From NCBI RefSeq assembly GCF_009831105.1, contig NZ_WUUQ01000001.1:840001-872000 (forward strand): 32,000 nt of DNA, given 5' to 3'. A program made the position numbers and the translations under genes. Each line of letters opens with the position of its first letter. Position 1 is the stretch's first letter. The DNA comes from Copranaerobaculum intestinale (GTDB lineage: Bacteria > Bacillota_I > Bacilli_A > Erysipelotrichales > Erysipelotrichaceae). The notes under the pieces are model-generated. The model had not been told where the DNA came from. It searched no databases and saw only the letters and a list, made by a program, of their open reading frames with translations. Shown in pieces: positions 17,063 through 25,500 of this stretch.

Positions 17063-17082
17063 TCGGCTGATCACTCTTTTTC
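17057..17082 (+). terminator. Intrinsic terminator overlapping the iadA stop codon
   Basis: The stem GAGTGATC / GATCACTC has a GGCT loop and is followed by T5. Confidence 0.75.
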
Positions 17083-17199
17083 CTGTCTTACAAACTTGTA
17101 ATTTTTCTGTATGTTTTAAGATAATGGGGATTATGGTATAATGAACAGGCAAGGTTCAACATACTAATAAGTGAAAACAGACAATCTGTTTATGGAGGG

Positions 17200-18321
17200 A
17201 TGATTTTGGATAATCGTATCGTCATTAATATGCTTTCAAGTGCAGATAAAATAGAAGGTCAGGGAGTAGGAAGTGCATATCTGGAACAGGTGAAGCTGGT
17301 AAGTGAAGGAGCGCCCGATCTGTTTGATGTCCGTATCAACAGTATCAAGGCTGCTGATATTAACCATGCCCATACGGTTGATCCGCAGAATTATGTGAAG
17401 ATGAAGATGAATAATGCCGGCGCGAATGTATGCTATGTGCATTTTCTTCCGGATACGCTGAATGGCAGTATCCAGCTTCCGAAAGCCCTTTTTGCCGTTT
17501 TTAAAAAATATGTGGTCAGTTTCTATAAAGCAGCGGATTACCTGATCGTCGTAAATCCAACCTTCATGGATGAGCTTGAAAAATACGGGATTCCACGTGA
17601 GAAGATGGTATACATACCAAACTATGTATCCAAAGAAGATTTTTATGAAAAACCACGGAATGAGCGAAATCTGATACGTCAGAAATACGGAATTGCAGAG
17701 GATGCCTTTGTGGTGATCGGCGTCGGTCAGGTTCAGACACGCAAAGGGGTGCTTGATTTTGTCGATGTGGCAAAGCGGCTGCCGGATATTCAATTTGTAT
17801 GGTGCGGAGGCTTTTCGTTTGGGGCGATCACCGATGGCTATGCGGAGCTGAAAGAAGTCGTGGAGAATCCGCCGGCAAATGTGAAATTTCTGGGGATCAT
17901 TCCGCGTCAGGAGATGAATGATTTCTATAATCTGGCCGATGTGCTGTTTATGCCGTCCTATAATGAATTATTTCCAATGGCTATTCTGGAAGCAGTAAAT
18001 TTAAAACGGCCGTTGGTGCTGCGTGATCTGGAATTGTATGAGGATATTCTGTTTCATAAGTATCAGAACGCAGATGATAATGAAGGGTTTTCAAACTTGA
18101 TTCGAAAGCTTCATGAAGATCCTGACTATTATCGGACATGTGCTCAGGAAAGCGGCTTTATCAGCGAGTATTATTCAAAAGAGAATGTGTTAAAGATATG
18201 GAAGGAATTTTATACGCGGGTTTATGAAGAGCAGCTGAGTCAGAATGCCAAGGCACAGAAGCGGAAGCAAAAACTGGCGAAACGGGCTTTTAAAGAAGCA
18301 AAACGGCAGGAAAAATTGTAA
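17200..18321 (+). CDS. Family 4 glycosyltransferase (glycolipid synthase-like) with lysine-rich C-terminal tail
   Basis: It has a GT4 C-terminal domain with the EX7E region (PSYNELFPMAILEA). An extended -10 TGGTATAAT lies at 17134-17142. The start may be TTG 17206, because GGAGGG abuts the ATG at 17200. Confidence 0.8.
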   Translation: MILDNRIVINMLSSADKIEGQGVGSAYLEQVKLVSEGAPDLFDVRINSIKAADINHAHTVDPQNYVKMKMNNAGANVCYVHFLPDTLNGSIQLPKALFAVFKKYVVSFYKAADYLIVVNPTFMDELEKYGIPREKMVYIPNYVSKEDFYEKPRNERNLIRQKYGIAEDAFVVIGVGQVQTRKGVLDFVDVAKRLPDIQFVWCGGFSFGAITDGYAELKEVVENPPANVKFLGIIPRQEMNDFYNLADVLFMPSYNELFPMAILEAVNLKRPLVLRDLELYEDILFHKYQNADDNEGFSNLIRKLHEDPDYYRTCAQESGFISEYYSKENVLKIWKEFYTRVYEEQLSQNAKAQKRKQKLAKRAFKEAKRQEKL

Positions 18322-18383
18322 GCCTGCGTGAGATTGAATGCATCTTTACAGATGTTCAATCGATGAAAAAACAAGGTGAAAGT

Positions 18384-19439
18384 ATGAAAAAGATCTCCAA
18401 GAGCTATTTCCTTAACTTTGTGCTGATTTTCGGATTGACGCTATTTGCATTATGGTTTGCGTTAAAGGATCATTACCGGGAAGTTATGAATTCACTGGCA
18501 CAGGTACGCTGGTACTGGTTTATCATTATCATCGCATGGGGAATTTTCTATACCGTTGTTATCGGGCTGATATTGACCCTGCTGGCACGGGAATATAAAA
18601 AAAATTATACCATTAAAGAGGGACTGGTGAACGGTTTTGTCGGTGCCTTTTTCAGTGGCATCACCCCCAGTGCTACCGGAGGTCAATTTGCCCAGGCTTA
18701 TATTTTTAAAAAACAGGGAATCAAGGTCAGCGACGGAGCTTCGCTGTTATACGCGGACTTTATTATTTATCAGACGACGATGATCGCTTATGTTACGATC
18801 CTTTTCCTGCTTCGTTTTTCTTATTATTATCAAACTGTTTCACAGTTTTTTATCTTTATTCTGTTTGGCTATTTCTTTAACAGTTCAATCATCGTTCTGC
18901 TTTGGACAATGGCAAAATTCCCCAAAGTTTATATAAAGCTAAGTACATGGGCAGTCAAGCTGCTTCATAAAATACATATCATTAAGGATGAGCAGCGAAC
19001 CCTGGAAGGCTGGTCGATCCAGTTGAATGCTTTTACCACTGAGATCAAACAGCTTAAAGATAAAAAGAAATTGATTTTTAAAGCGGTGCTGCTGAATGTG
19101 CTTCGCTTGACCGTATGGTTTACCTTGCCATATGCGGTAGCGGTAGCGATTGGTGTAGATATGCATTTGTCGATGCTGTTGGATGTTGTGGCAATGTCGG
19201 CGTTTGTATCTATGGCCAACGCTTTTATCCCGGTGCCTGGAGCCAGCGGCGGAACCGAATTGGTATTTACCTGGATTTTTTCAGCAACCATGATGAGTGC
19301 GATGCAGGCAAGCAGTGTCATGATCCTTTGGCGGTTTTCAACCTATCATTTGATTCTGCTGATCGGCGGAGCGGTTTTTCTCTTCGCTAAGCGAAAGTAT
19401 GATCATCAAAAATTTGTTACGGAAGGGGAGCATATATGA
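18384..19439 (+). CDS. UPF0104 / lysylphosphatidylglycerol-synthase-TM-like (flippase-like) membrane protein
   Basis: It is multi-TM, with motifs GITPSATGGQFAQAY and PVPGASGGTELVF typical of the LPG_synthase_TM family. The start is moved to the ATG at 18384 (SD AAGGTGA). Its stop overlaps the next start (ATATGA). Confidence 0.78.
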   Translation: MKKISKSYFLNFVLIFGLTLFALWFALKDHYREVMNSLAQVRWYWFIIIIAWGIFYTVVIGLILTLLAREYKKNYTIKEGLVNGFVGAFFSGITPSATGGQFAQAYIFKKQGIKVSDGASLLYADFIIYQTTMIAYVTILFLLRFSYYYQTVSQFFIFILFGYFFNSSIIVLLWTMAKFPKVYIKLSTWAVKLLHKIHIIKDEQRTLEGWSIQLNAFTTEIKQLKDKKKLIFKAVLLNVLRLTVWFTLPYAVAVAIGVDMHLSMLLDVVAMSAFVSMANAFIPVPGASGGTELVFTWIFSATMMSAMQASSVMILWRFSTYHLILLIGGAVFLFAKRKYDHQKFVTEGEHI

Positions 19440-21421
19440 GAATCGGATTGTTTTCAGATACCTATACACCGGATATCAACGGCGTGGTATCCAGTATTGT
19501 AACACTTCAGCACCAGCTTGAGAAAAACGGTCATGAAGTGTACGTAATCACCAATCATAAAGCGCTGATTACAACCCAGTGGGAAGGAAATGTACTGCGT
19601 CTGCCGGGGCTGGAGCTGAAATGGCTGTACGGATATAAATTATCAACCCCATATCATTTCAGTGCGAAAGAGGAAATTCGGAAGCTGAACCTGGACGTCA
19701 TCCATGTACATACCGAATTCGGGGTAGGAATTTTTGCGCGTTTGGTCGCAAAATCACTGGATATCCCAGTTGTTTCCACCTATCATACAATGTATGAGGA
19801 CTATACCCATTATGTTAATAAATTTGATATCAATGAAATAGATAAGGTAACAAAGAAAATTACATCGGTGTTCAGCCGCTCGATATCAGATACCTGTCAG
19901 GGCGTTATCGCTCCCAGTGACAAGACCAAGGAGACTCTGATCAAATATGGGGTGAAGACGCCGATTTATGTGATTCCTACCGGTCTTGATCTGTCTGAGT
20001 TTGATCCGCAGCGGGCCGATTATGAAAAAGCAGCGCAGCTGCGGTTAGCGTATGGTATTCAGCCGGAAGACAAGGTCATTGCCTATGTGGGACGCATTGC
20101 GAAAGAAAAAAGCATTGATCTGGCCATTGAGGGATTTCGCTATGTGAAAGATCCTAACCTGAAGCTATTGATCGTTGGCGGCGGTCCCCAGTTGAAGGAG
20201 CTAAAAGAACTGGCGGCTTCCTATAACCTGCTGGATAAAGTCAAATTTACCGATAAAATACCAAGGGCGGATATTTCAACGTATTATTTCTGCGCTGACG
20301 CATTTGTTTCGGCATCCTTGACTGAAACCCAGGGGATGACCTTCATTGAAGCCCTTGCCTGCGGGCTGCCGGTATTTGCACGTCCGGACGATGTACTCAC
20401 TGATCTGGTTATTGAGAATGTCAGCGGTTATCTGTTTCAAGAACCGCAGGAGTTTGCAGCGAAGGTAGAAGCCTTCTATGAATTGGATGAGCTGCATCGT
20501 CAGAAAATGAAACAGCATGCCCGGGAAAAGGCGCTGATGTATGATGCGGATATTTTCTATCATAAAGTTTTGAGTGTTTATTATCAAGCGATTGATGATT
20601 ATGAGGATTGTTATACCGTTACGAAAATCAAACAGATGGATGACTGCGTACGTATTTATGCGGAAAACGAAAAAGAGGATGAACCGACAAAGATATTGAT
20701 CAGCATTGAAGATTATTTTGAGTTTAAGATACGGATCGGTACGCGGATTGATCGTTCACAAATGGAGGATTTTCAACATAAGGAACAGGTCATCAATGCC
20801 TATCGGATGTGTATACGCAAATTGCGTTCCAAGGATCGAACTAAGAAGGAATTGGCTGATATATTGCGTAGTCAGGAAAATCTGAACAGTGAAGATATCG
20901 ATCAGGTGATCGGCGCCTTGGAGGTAAAGGGTTATATCAACGATTACTTATATATGACCGCAAAGATTGATAAGATGCGTTCCTCGCTGCAGGGGCGTTC
21001 TAAAATAATTTATACATTGATGAAAAAAGGCATTCCCCGTGAGATGATCGAGGCTGCTTTGGAATCCAGTGACGAGCTGGAAGAGGGAAATGCTGAATCC
21101 ATGGCAAAACGTTTACAAAATTCAATCAAGGATCGTTCATTGAATATGAAAAAGCAGATGATCGTATCTAAATTGATCAGCAGTGGCTATTCATCTTCTA
21201 TTGCGAATGAAGCCGTGGGCAAGCTGAATTTTGATAATGAGATGGATAATGAGCAGGAAGCGCTGCTGAAAACAATTCAGAAAGCAATCCGCACCTATGA
21301 GCGGAAATATAAGGGAACGCCGCTGAAAAATAAAGTTATTCGCTATTGTATCAATAAAGGATTTGCCTCCGGTGATGTATTGGCAGCAGTGAATGAGATG
21401 GAGTGGGGGGAAAATGAATGA
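19436..21421 (+). CDS. Fusion protein: N-terminal GT4 glycosyltransferase (diacylglycerol glycosyltransferase-like, ~aa 1-390) joined to a C-terminal full-length RecX-like domain (~aa 390-661)
   Basis: The N-terminus reads MRIGLFSDTYTPDINGV..., has the EX7E region (SLTETQGMTFIEALACG) and is typical of GT4. The C-terminal half has RecX-style three-helix repeats (RSKDRTKKELADILRS...IDQVIGALEVKGYINDYLY; ...IIYTLMKKGIPREMIEAAL; ...VIRYCINKGFASGDVLAAV). It is a single uninterrupted ORF. Confidence 0.8.
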   Translation: MRIGLFSDTYTPDINGVVSSIVTLQHQLEKNGHEVYVITNHKALITTQWEGNVLRLPGLELKWLYGYKLSTPYHFSAKEEIRKLNLDVIHVHTEFGVGIFARLVAKSLDIPVVSTYHTMYEDYTHYVNKFDINEIDKVTKKITSVFSRSISDTCQGVIAPSDKTKETLIKYGVKTPIYVIPTGLDLSEFDPQRADYEKAAQLRLAYGIQPEDKVIAYVGRIAKEKSIDLAIEGFRYVKDPNLKLLIVGGGPQLKELKELAASYNLLDKVKFTDKIPRADISTYYFCADAFVSASLTETQGMTFIEALACGLPVFARPDDVLTDLVIENVSGYLFQEPQEFAAKVEAFYELDELHRQKMKQHAREKALMYDADIFYHKVLSVYYQAIDDYEDCYTVTKIKQMDDCVRIYAENEKEDEPTKILISIEDYFEFKIRIGTRIDRSQMEDFQHKEQVINAYRMCIRKLRSKDRTKKELADILRSQENLNSEDIDQVIGALEVKGYINDYLYMTAKIDKMRSSLQGRSKIIYTLMKKGIPREMIEAALESSDELEEGNAESMAKRLQNSIKDRSLNMKKQMIVSKLISSGYSSSIANEAVGKLNFDNEMDNEQEALLKTIQKAIRTYERKYKGTPLKNKVIRYCINKGFASGDVLAAVNEMEWGENE

Positions 21422-22350
21422 GCAAACAGATTCGAGCATATGCCGATGGCGATAAGCTGACGGTTAAGGTTTTGCTGAATACGGTAACCAAAGGAGTTAC
21501 CAATAAGGGTGCTCCGTATCTTTCCTTCGTTTTCCAGGATGGCAGCGGTACGATCGATGCAAAATACTGGAATGTCAGTAAGGAAGCGCTGGATGCGTTT
21601 AAACCGGGCATGCTTGTAGAAGTGAACGGTGATGTATTATGTCACAATCATCAGTTACAGTTCCGCGTTCAGAATATGAAAGAGATTTCTCAGGAAGGGA
21701 TTGATCTTCGGGATTATGTAAAAGCAAGTGAACTGAGTGAAAACCAGCTGAAATTTGAAATCATGAAATATGTGTCCGATATTCAGGATACAACGATAGC
21801 GAAGCTGGTGCGGGAAATGCTGAAGCAGCGCGAAGAAAAATTCTTTGTGTATCCGGCGGCGCAGAAAAATCATCATGATTTTGTCGGCGGTCTTGCTACG
21901 CATGTGCTGGGAATGCTGAAGCTGGCTGATACCTTAGCTGCTTCTTATCCGCTGTTAAATCGAGATTTGCTGATTGGCGGCGTCATTCTGCACGATCTTG
22001 GCAAGTTGGATGAGCTGAGCGGAGCGATCGTCACGGAATATACGATGGAAGGAAAGCTTTTGGGGCATATTTCTTTGATGCAGGCGGAAATCAGCGATAC
22101 CGCAAAGCGTCTGGGGCTGGAAGGTGAAAATGTAACCCTGCTGCGGCACATGGTGCTGTCACATCATGGTGTATATGAATATGGTTCACCGGTTCTGCCG
22201 ATGATACCGGAAGCGGAGATGCTTTACTTGATTGATAACATCGATGCACGGATGAGTACTTTGAAGAAAGCGCTGGAGCCGATCGAACCGGGCAATTTTA
22301 CACCGCGTATCTTTGCATTAGAAAATCGAGCTTTCTACAAACATAAATAA
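21418..22350 (+). CDS. yhaM: 3'-5' exoribonuclease YhaM (OB-fold plus HD domain)
   Basis: It has an N-terminal OB fold (GAPYLSFVFQDGSGTIDAKYW), HD motifs (HHDFVGGLATH, ILHDLGK, SHHG), a size of 310 aa, and a start overlapping the upstream stop (ATGA). Confidence 0.85.
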   Translation: MSKQIRAYADGDKLTVKVLLNTVTKGVTNKGAPYLSFVFQDGSGTIDAKYWNVSKEALDAFKPGMLVEVNGDVLCHNHQLQFRVQNMKEISQEGIDLRDYVKASELSENQLKFEIMKYVSDIQDTTIAKLVREMLKQREEKFFVYPAAQKNHHDFVGGLATHVLGMLKLADTLAASYPLLNRDLLIGGVILHDLGKLDELSGAIVTEYTMEGKLLGHISLMQAEISDTAKRLGLEGENVTLLRHMVLSHHGVYEYGSPVLPMIPEAEMLYLIDNIDARMSTLKKALEPIEPGNFTPRIFALENRAFYKHK

Positions 22351-22364
22351 ACTAGGGGTAGGAT

Positions 22365-23267
22365 ATGAAAAAACAGGCAATGGTTGTTATGAATCCGACG
22401 GCTGGAAAAGGCGCCGGTAAAAATACGCTGTTTGCGGTTGCGGATGGCTTGTGCCGAGGTGGCTATGATGCGGTCGTGATGATCACGCAGCGTGCCAATC
22501 ATGCACGGGATCTGATGATCGAGCGGTCATCGGATTTTGATATTGTGATCTGCATTGGCGGTGACGGTACGCTGAATGAATCGGTAAGCGGTTTGATGGC
22601 GCTGCACGATCGGACACCGCTTGGCTATATACCGACCGGCACCGTGAATGATTTTGCATCGACGCTCCATCTATCTCATAACGGGGAAGAAGCAATTCAG
22701 GATATTGTAGACGGGACTCTGTTCCCCTGTGATATCGGATCGTTCAACGAGCGATATTTCACTTATGTCGCGGCTTTCGGGGCTTTTACTGAAGTATCCT
22801 ATACCACTTCACAGTCTTCCAAAAATCTGCTTGGGCGGGTGGCATATTATCTGGAAGGCTTAAAGCATCTGCCTAAAATTAAAACCTATCATGTGAAAAT
22901 AGAATATGACGGAAAATTGATTGAAGATGAGTTTATTTTCGGAGCGATTTCTAACAGCCGTTTCATTGGCGGGAATACGTTTTACAGCACGAAGCACGCA
23001 CAGCTGGATGATGGAAGATTTGAATGTCTGCTGATTCGTCCGCCGCAAAATCCCCTGGATTTACAAGCGATTGCGGCTGCGCTTTTGAAACAGGAACTCA
23101 ATGATAAATTCATGATTTTTTTCACTGCGGAATCGATTAAAATAACGAGTGAAGAGGAAATCGCATGGACGCTGGATGGTGAAAATGGTGGGATCATGAA
23201 AGCTGTCACGATCAAAAATTGTCCGCACGCAATAGATTTCATCATCGCAAAAGAGCATAACGAATAA
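22365..23267 (+). CDS. dagK: Diacylglycerol kinase family lipid kinase (DagK/YegS/BmrU type)
   Basis: Motifs seen: VVMNPTAGKG and the ICIGGDGTLNE signature. 300 aa. Confidence 0.85.
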   Translation: MKKQAMVVMNPTAGKGAGKNTLFAVADGLCRGGYDAVVMITQRANHARDLMIERSSDFDIVICIGGDGTLNESVSGLMALHDRTPLGYIPTGTVNDFASTLHLSHNGEEAIQDIVDGTLFPCDIGSFNERYFTYVAAFGAFTEVSYTTSQSSKNLLGRVAYYLEGLKHLPKIKTYHVKIEYDGKLIEDEFIFGAISNSRFIGGNTFYSTKHAQLDDGRFECLLIRPPQNPLDLQAIAAALLKQELNDKFMIFFTAESIKITSEEEIAWTLDGENGGIMKAVTIKNCPHAIDFIIAKEHNE

Positions 23268-23363
23268 GGGTAAAAGAATTGGAAAACATATTTTTTATCC
23301 TTTTTTTTACTTTTTTTGAACTTTTTAAAGCTTGCATGCATCTTACTAATAGAGGTGACGTCT

Positions 23364-24497
23364 ATGCTAGTTTCAATTCGTTTACAGAATATTCGTTCTT
23401 TTTATGAAAAAACAGAGTTTTCGCTGCAGGCTGAAAGTATCTGTGAATTTCGGGATTCCATCATTTACTGGAAGCGTAATAAAACCGATGAAGTGAATAC
23501 AGTTCCGCTTCATATTATTCTGGGAGATCACAACAGTGGAAAAACCAATCTGCTTGAAGCGCTGGAAATGCTGCAGCAAATTCTATTGGCCGGAAGTCTT
23601 GATTCCCTTACTCCCGAAGCAAATATCGCTTCTTTTGGACATGAGGAAGAACCGATTTTGTTAGGCTTCATGGTGATTGAACAGCAAATAATTTATGACT
23701 ATGAATTTGCATTTCTCTGGGAAGATGATCACTATGAGGTAACCTATGAAAAGCTGGATGTTAATCGCTTTACACTGTTTGAGCGGCATCGGCAGAGTAT
23801 TATGATCACCAAAACCGGAAAGGCTTCCCAGTATTATAATGAAAACTGCCGCAATATGCTGGAACAGCAGGAGCGGCTGAGTGAAGGCTATGCTTCCGAT
23901 GAACTGTATCTGACCGGGGGATTTCGATATGGATTGGGACATGATCTCGTAACACAGCTCCATAATTTTATACAAGGGAAGCTGCATATTATTTTCCAAT
24001 TGGAATTGCCGATCCAGCTGAAACAGAAAGCAAAGATACGCGATTTTCTAAAACATATACATTATGAGCTGGAGCTCGATGATTTGAATAAGCTTTCTCA
24101 TGGTTCCCGGCGTTTTCTGGCTCTTTGTGATTTGGTCTTTGACGCATTGGCGAACGGATACGTATTATGCATTGATGAATTAGACAGCGGCTTGCAGACG
24201 AATCCGGTCATGGTGCTTACCTCGCTGTTTCACAACCGTGCCTATAATCCGTATGGCGCCCAACTGCTGTTCATAACTCAGAATCCGCTGTTTCTCAATA
24301 AGAATTATATCCGTCGTGATGAGGTTACCTTCTTCACCAAGCCTCAGGATCAGACTCAAATTTCATCACTATTGACGCATGCCCTCAGAGAGAATAATTA
24401 TTTGCGGAAATTTACAGCTTATGAATATGGTGTGATTCCCAAGCTTGATTTGGAACAGTTTCTTCCAAAAGCACGCATAAATGTTAAAAAACTGTGA
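23364..24497 (+). CDS. Stand-alone AAA_21-like (ABC/SMC-type) ATPase, 377 aa; no fused effector domain seen
   Basis: The start is moved to the ATG at 23364 (MLVSIRLQNIRSF...), with GAGGTG 6 nt upstream. Motifs seen: Walker A GDHNSGKTN, signature-like LSHGSRR, Walker B VLCIDELDSGL, and a C-terminal RRDEVTFFTK...YEYGVIP. The H-loop position reads ITQN. Confidence 0.8.
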   Translation: MLVSIRLQNIRSFYEKTEFSLQAESICEFRDSIIYWKRNKTDEVNTVPLHIILGDHNSGKTNLLEALEMLQQILLAGSLDSLTPEANIASFGHEEEPILLGFMVIEQQIIYDYEFAFLWEDDHYEVTYEKLDVNRFTLFERHRQSIMITKTGKASQYYNENCRNMLEQQERLSEGYASDELYLTGGFRYGLGHDLVTQLHNFIQGKLHIIFQLELPIQLKQKAKIRDFLKHIHYELELDDLNKLSHGSRRFLALCDLVFDALANGYVLCIDELDSGLQTNPVMVLTSLFHNRAYNPYGAQLLFITQNPLFLNKNYIRRDEVTFFTKPQDQTQISSLLTHALRENNYLRKFTAYEYGVIPKLDLEQFLPKARINVKKL

Positions 24498-24500
24498 AAT

Positions 24501-24529
24501 AAGGAGTTTTTATACTCCTTTTCTTTTCT
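24501..24529 (+). terminator. Intrinsic terminator after the ATPase gene
   Basis: The stem AAGGAGT / ACTCCTT is followed by a T-rich tract. Confidence 0.7.
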
Positions 24530-24582
24530 TGATTTTGAATACATGGTAGAATATTTTTATATTCAAAGAAAGGAGATAGAAT

Positions 24583-25500
24583 ATGAAGCTAGAAATAAAA
24601 GACATTCATAAGAGCTTTGACGGAAATGAAGTGCTTCACGGCGTTCATTTTTCAGTTGAAAGCGGAAAAGCTCTTGGTCTGCTTGGAAGAAACGGTGCTG
24701 GTAAAACAACGACGATTCGTATCCTGATGGATGTTTTCAAAGCGAACAGCGGAAGCATTACAATGGATGGAAAACCGTTTCACCCAAAAGAATATAAGAT
24801 TGGTTATCTCCCGGAGGAGCGAGGGCTGTATCCGAAGAAAAAAGTGAGAGAACAGTTGATTTATCTGGCGCAATTGCGCGGTGTGAGCTATAAAGAGGCA
24901 AGCGACTCACTGAAGCACTGGCTGAAGCGTCTGGGAATTGAGGAATATGAAAATCGGCGGTTGGATACTTTGTCGAAGGGCAATCAGCAGAAGGTGCAGC
25001 TGGCACAGACCTTGTTAGCCGATCCGGATATCGTAATTTTGGATGAGCCCTTCAGCGGTTTAGATCCAGTAAATTCTCAGATACTGAAGGATGTGGTGCT
25101 GGAATTGATTCAGGATCATAAGCTGGTGATCTTTTCCTCACATCAGATGAGCTATGTTGAGGAATTTTGTGAGGATATTGCAATTATGAATCATGGCTCG
25201 ATTGTATTGAACGGGGGGCTGAAGGAAATCAAACGCAGCTACGGTCAAAATCGGCTGGTTCTGCAGCTGGCTGGAAAAACACCGGAAGCGACAGCGGATA
25301 TTTGCCGGCAGGAGCTGCTGAGTTATGTCAGTGTCTATGAGAAACAAAAGGATCGGGTCATCCTGGAACTGCAGGAAGGACGTACCAAGACAGAACTATT
25401 GGCGGCAATCGTTAAAGCTAAGCTGGATGTGGAAGCGTTCATGGATTATGAGCCGAGCCTGACTGATATCTTTGTATGGAAAGCAGGTGATGAAGCATGA
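24583..25500 (+). CDS. ABC transporter ATP-binding protein (ABC-2/NatA-like with a C-terminal extension)
   Basis: Motifs seen: Walker A GRNGAGKTT, signature LSKGNQQK, Walker B ILDEPFSGLD, and H-loop FSSHQ. SD AGGAG. An extended -10 TGGTAGAAT lies at 24544-24552. Confidence 0.9.
   Translation: MKLEIKDIHKSFDGNEVLHGVHFSVESGKALGLLGRNGAGKTTTIRILMDVFKANSGSITMDGKPFHPKEYKIGYLPEERGLYPKKKVREQLIYLAQLRGVSYKEASDSLKHWLKRLGIEEYENRRLDTLSKGNQQKVQLAQTLLADPDIVILDEPFSGLDPVNSQILKDVVLELIQDHKLVIFSSHQMSYVEEFCEDIAIMNHGSIVLNGGLKEIKRSYGQNRLVLQLAGKTPEATADICRQELLSYVSVYEKQKDRVILELQEGRTKTELLAAIVKAKLDVEAFMDYEPSLTDIFVWKAGDEA

Noticed and set aside
17236-17793. 185-aa reverse-strand ORF inside the first glycosyltransferase gene
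   Set aside because: It is an antisense shadow of a GT4 gene with clear motifs. It has no SD and an implausible composition.
18965-19321. 118-aa reverse ORF and several 60-90-aa ORFs within the UPF0104 membrane-protein gene
   Set aside because: They overlap a gene with family motifs on the other strand or frame, and none has a ribosome-binding site.
23316-23363. 16-codon N-terminal extension of the ATPase (MNFLKLACILLIEVTS)
   Set aside because: There is no SD before 23316, whereas GAGGTG sits 6 nt before the ATG at 23364. The family-typical N-terminal strand begins at that Met.
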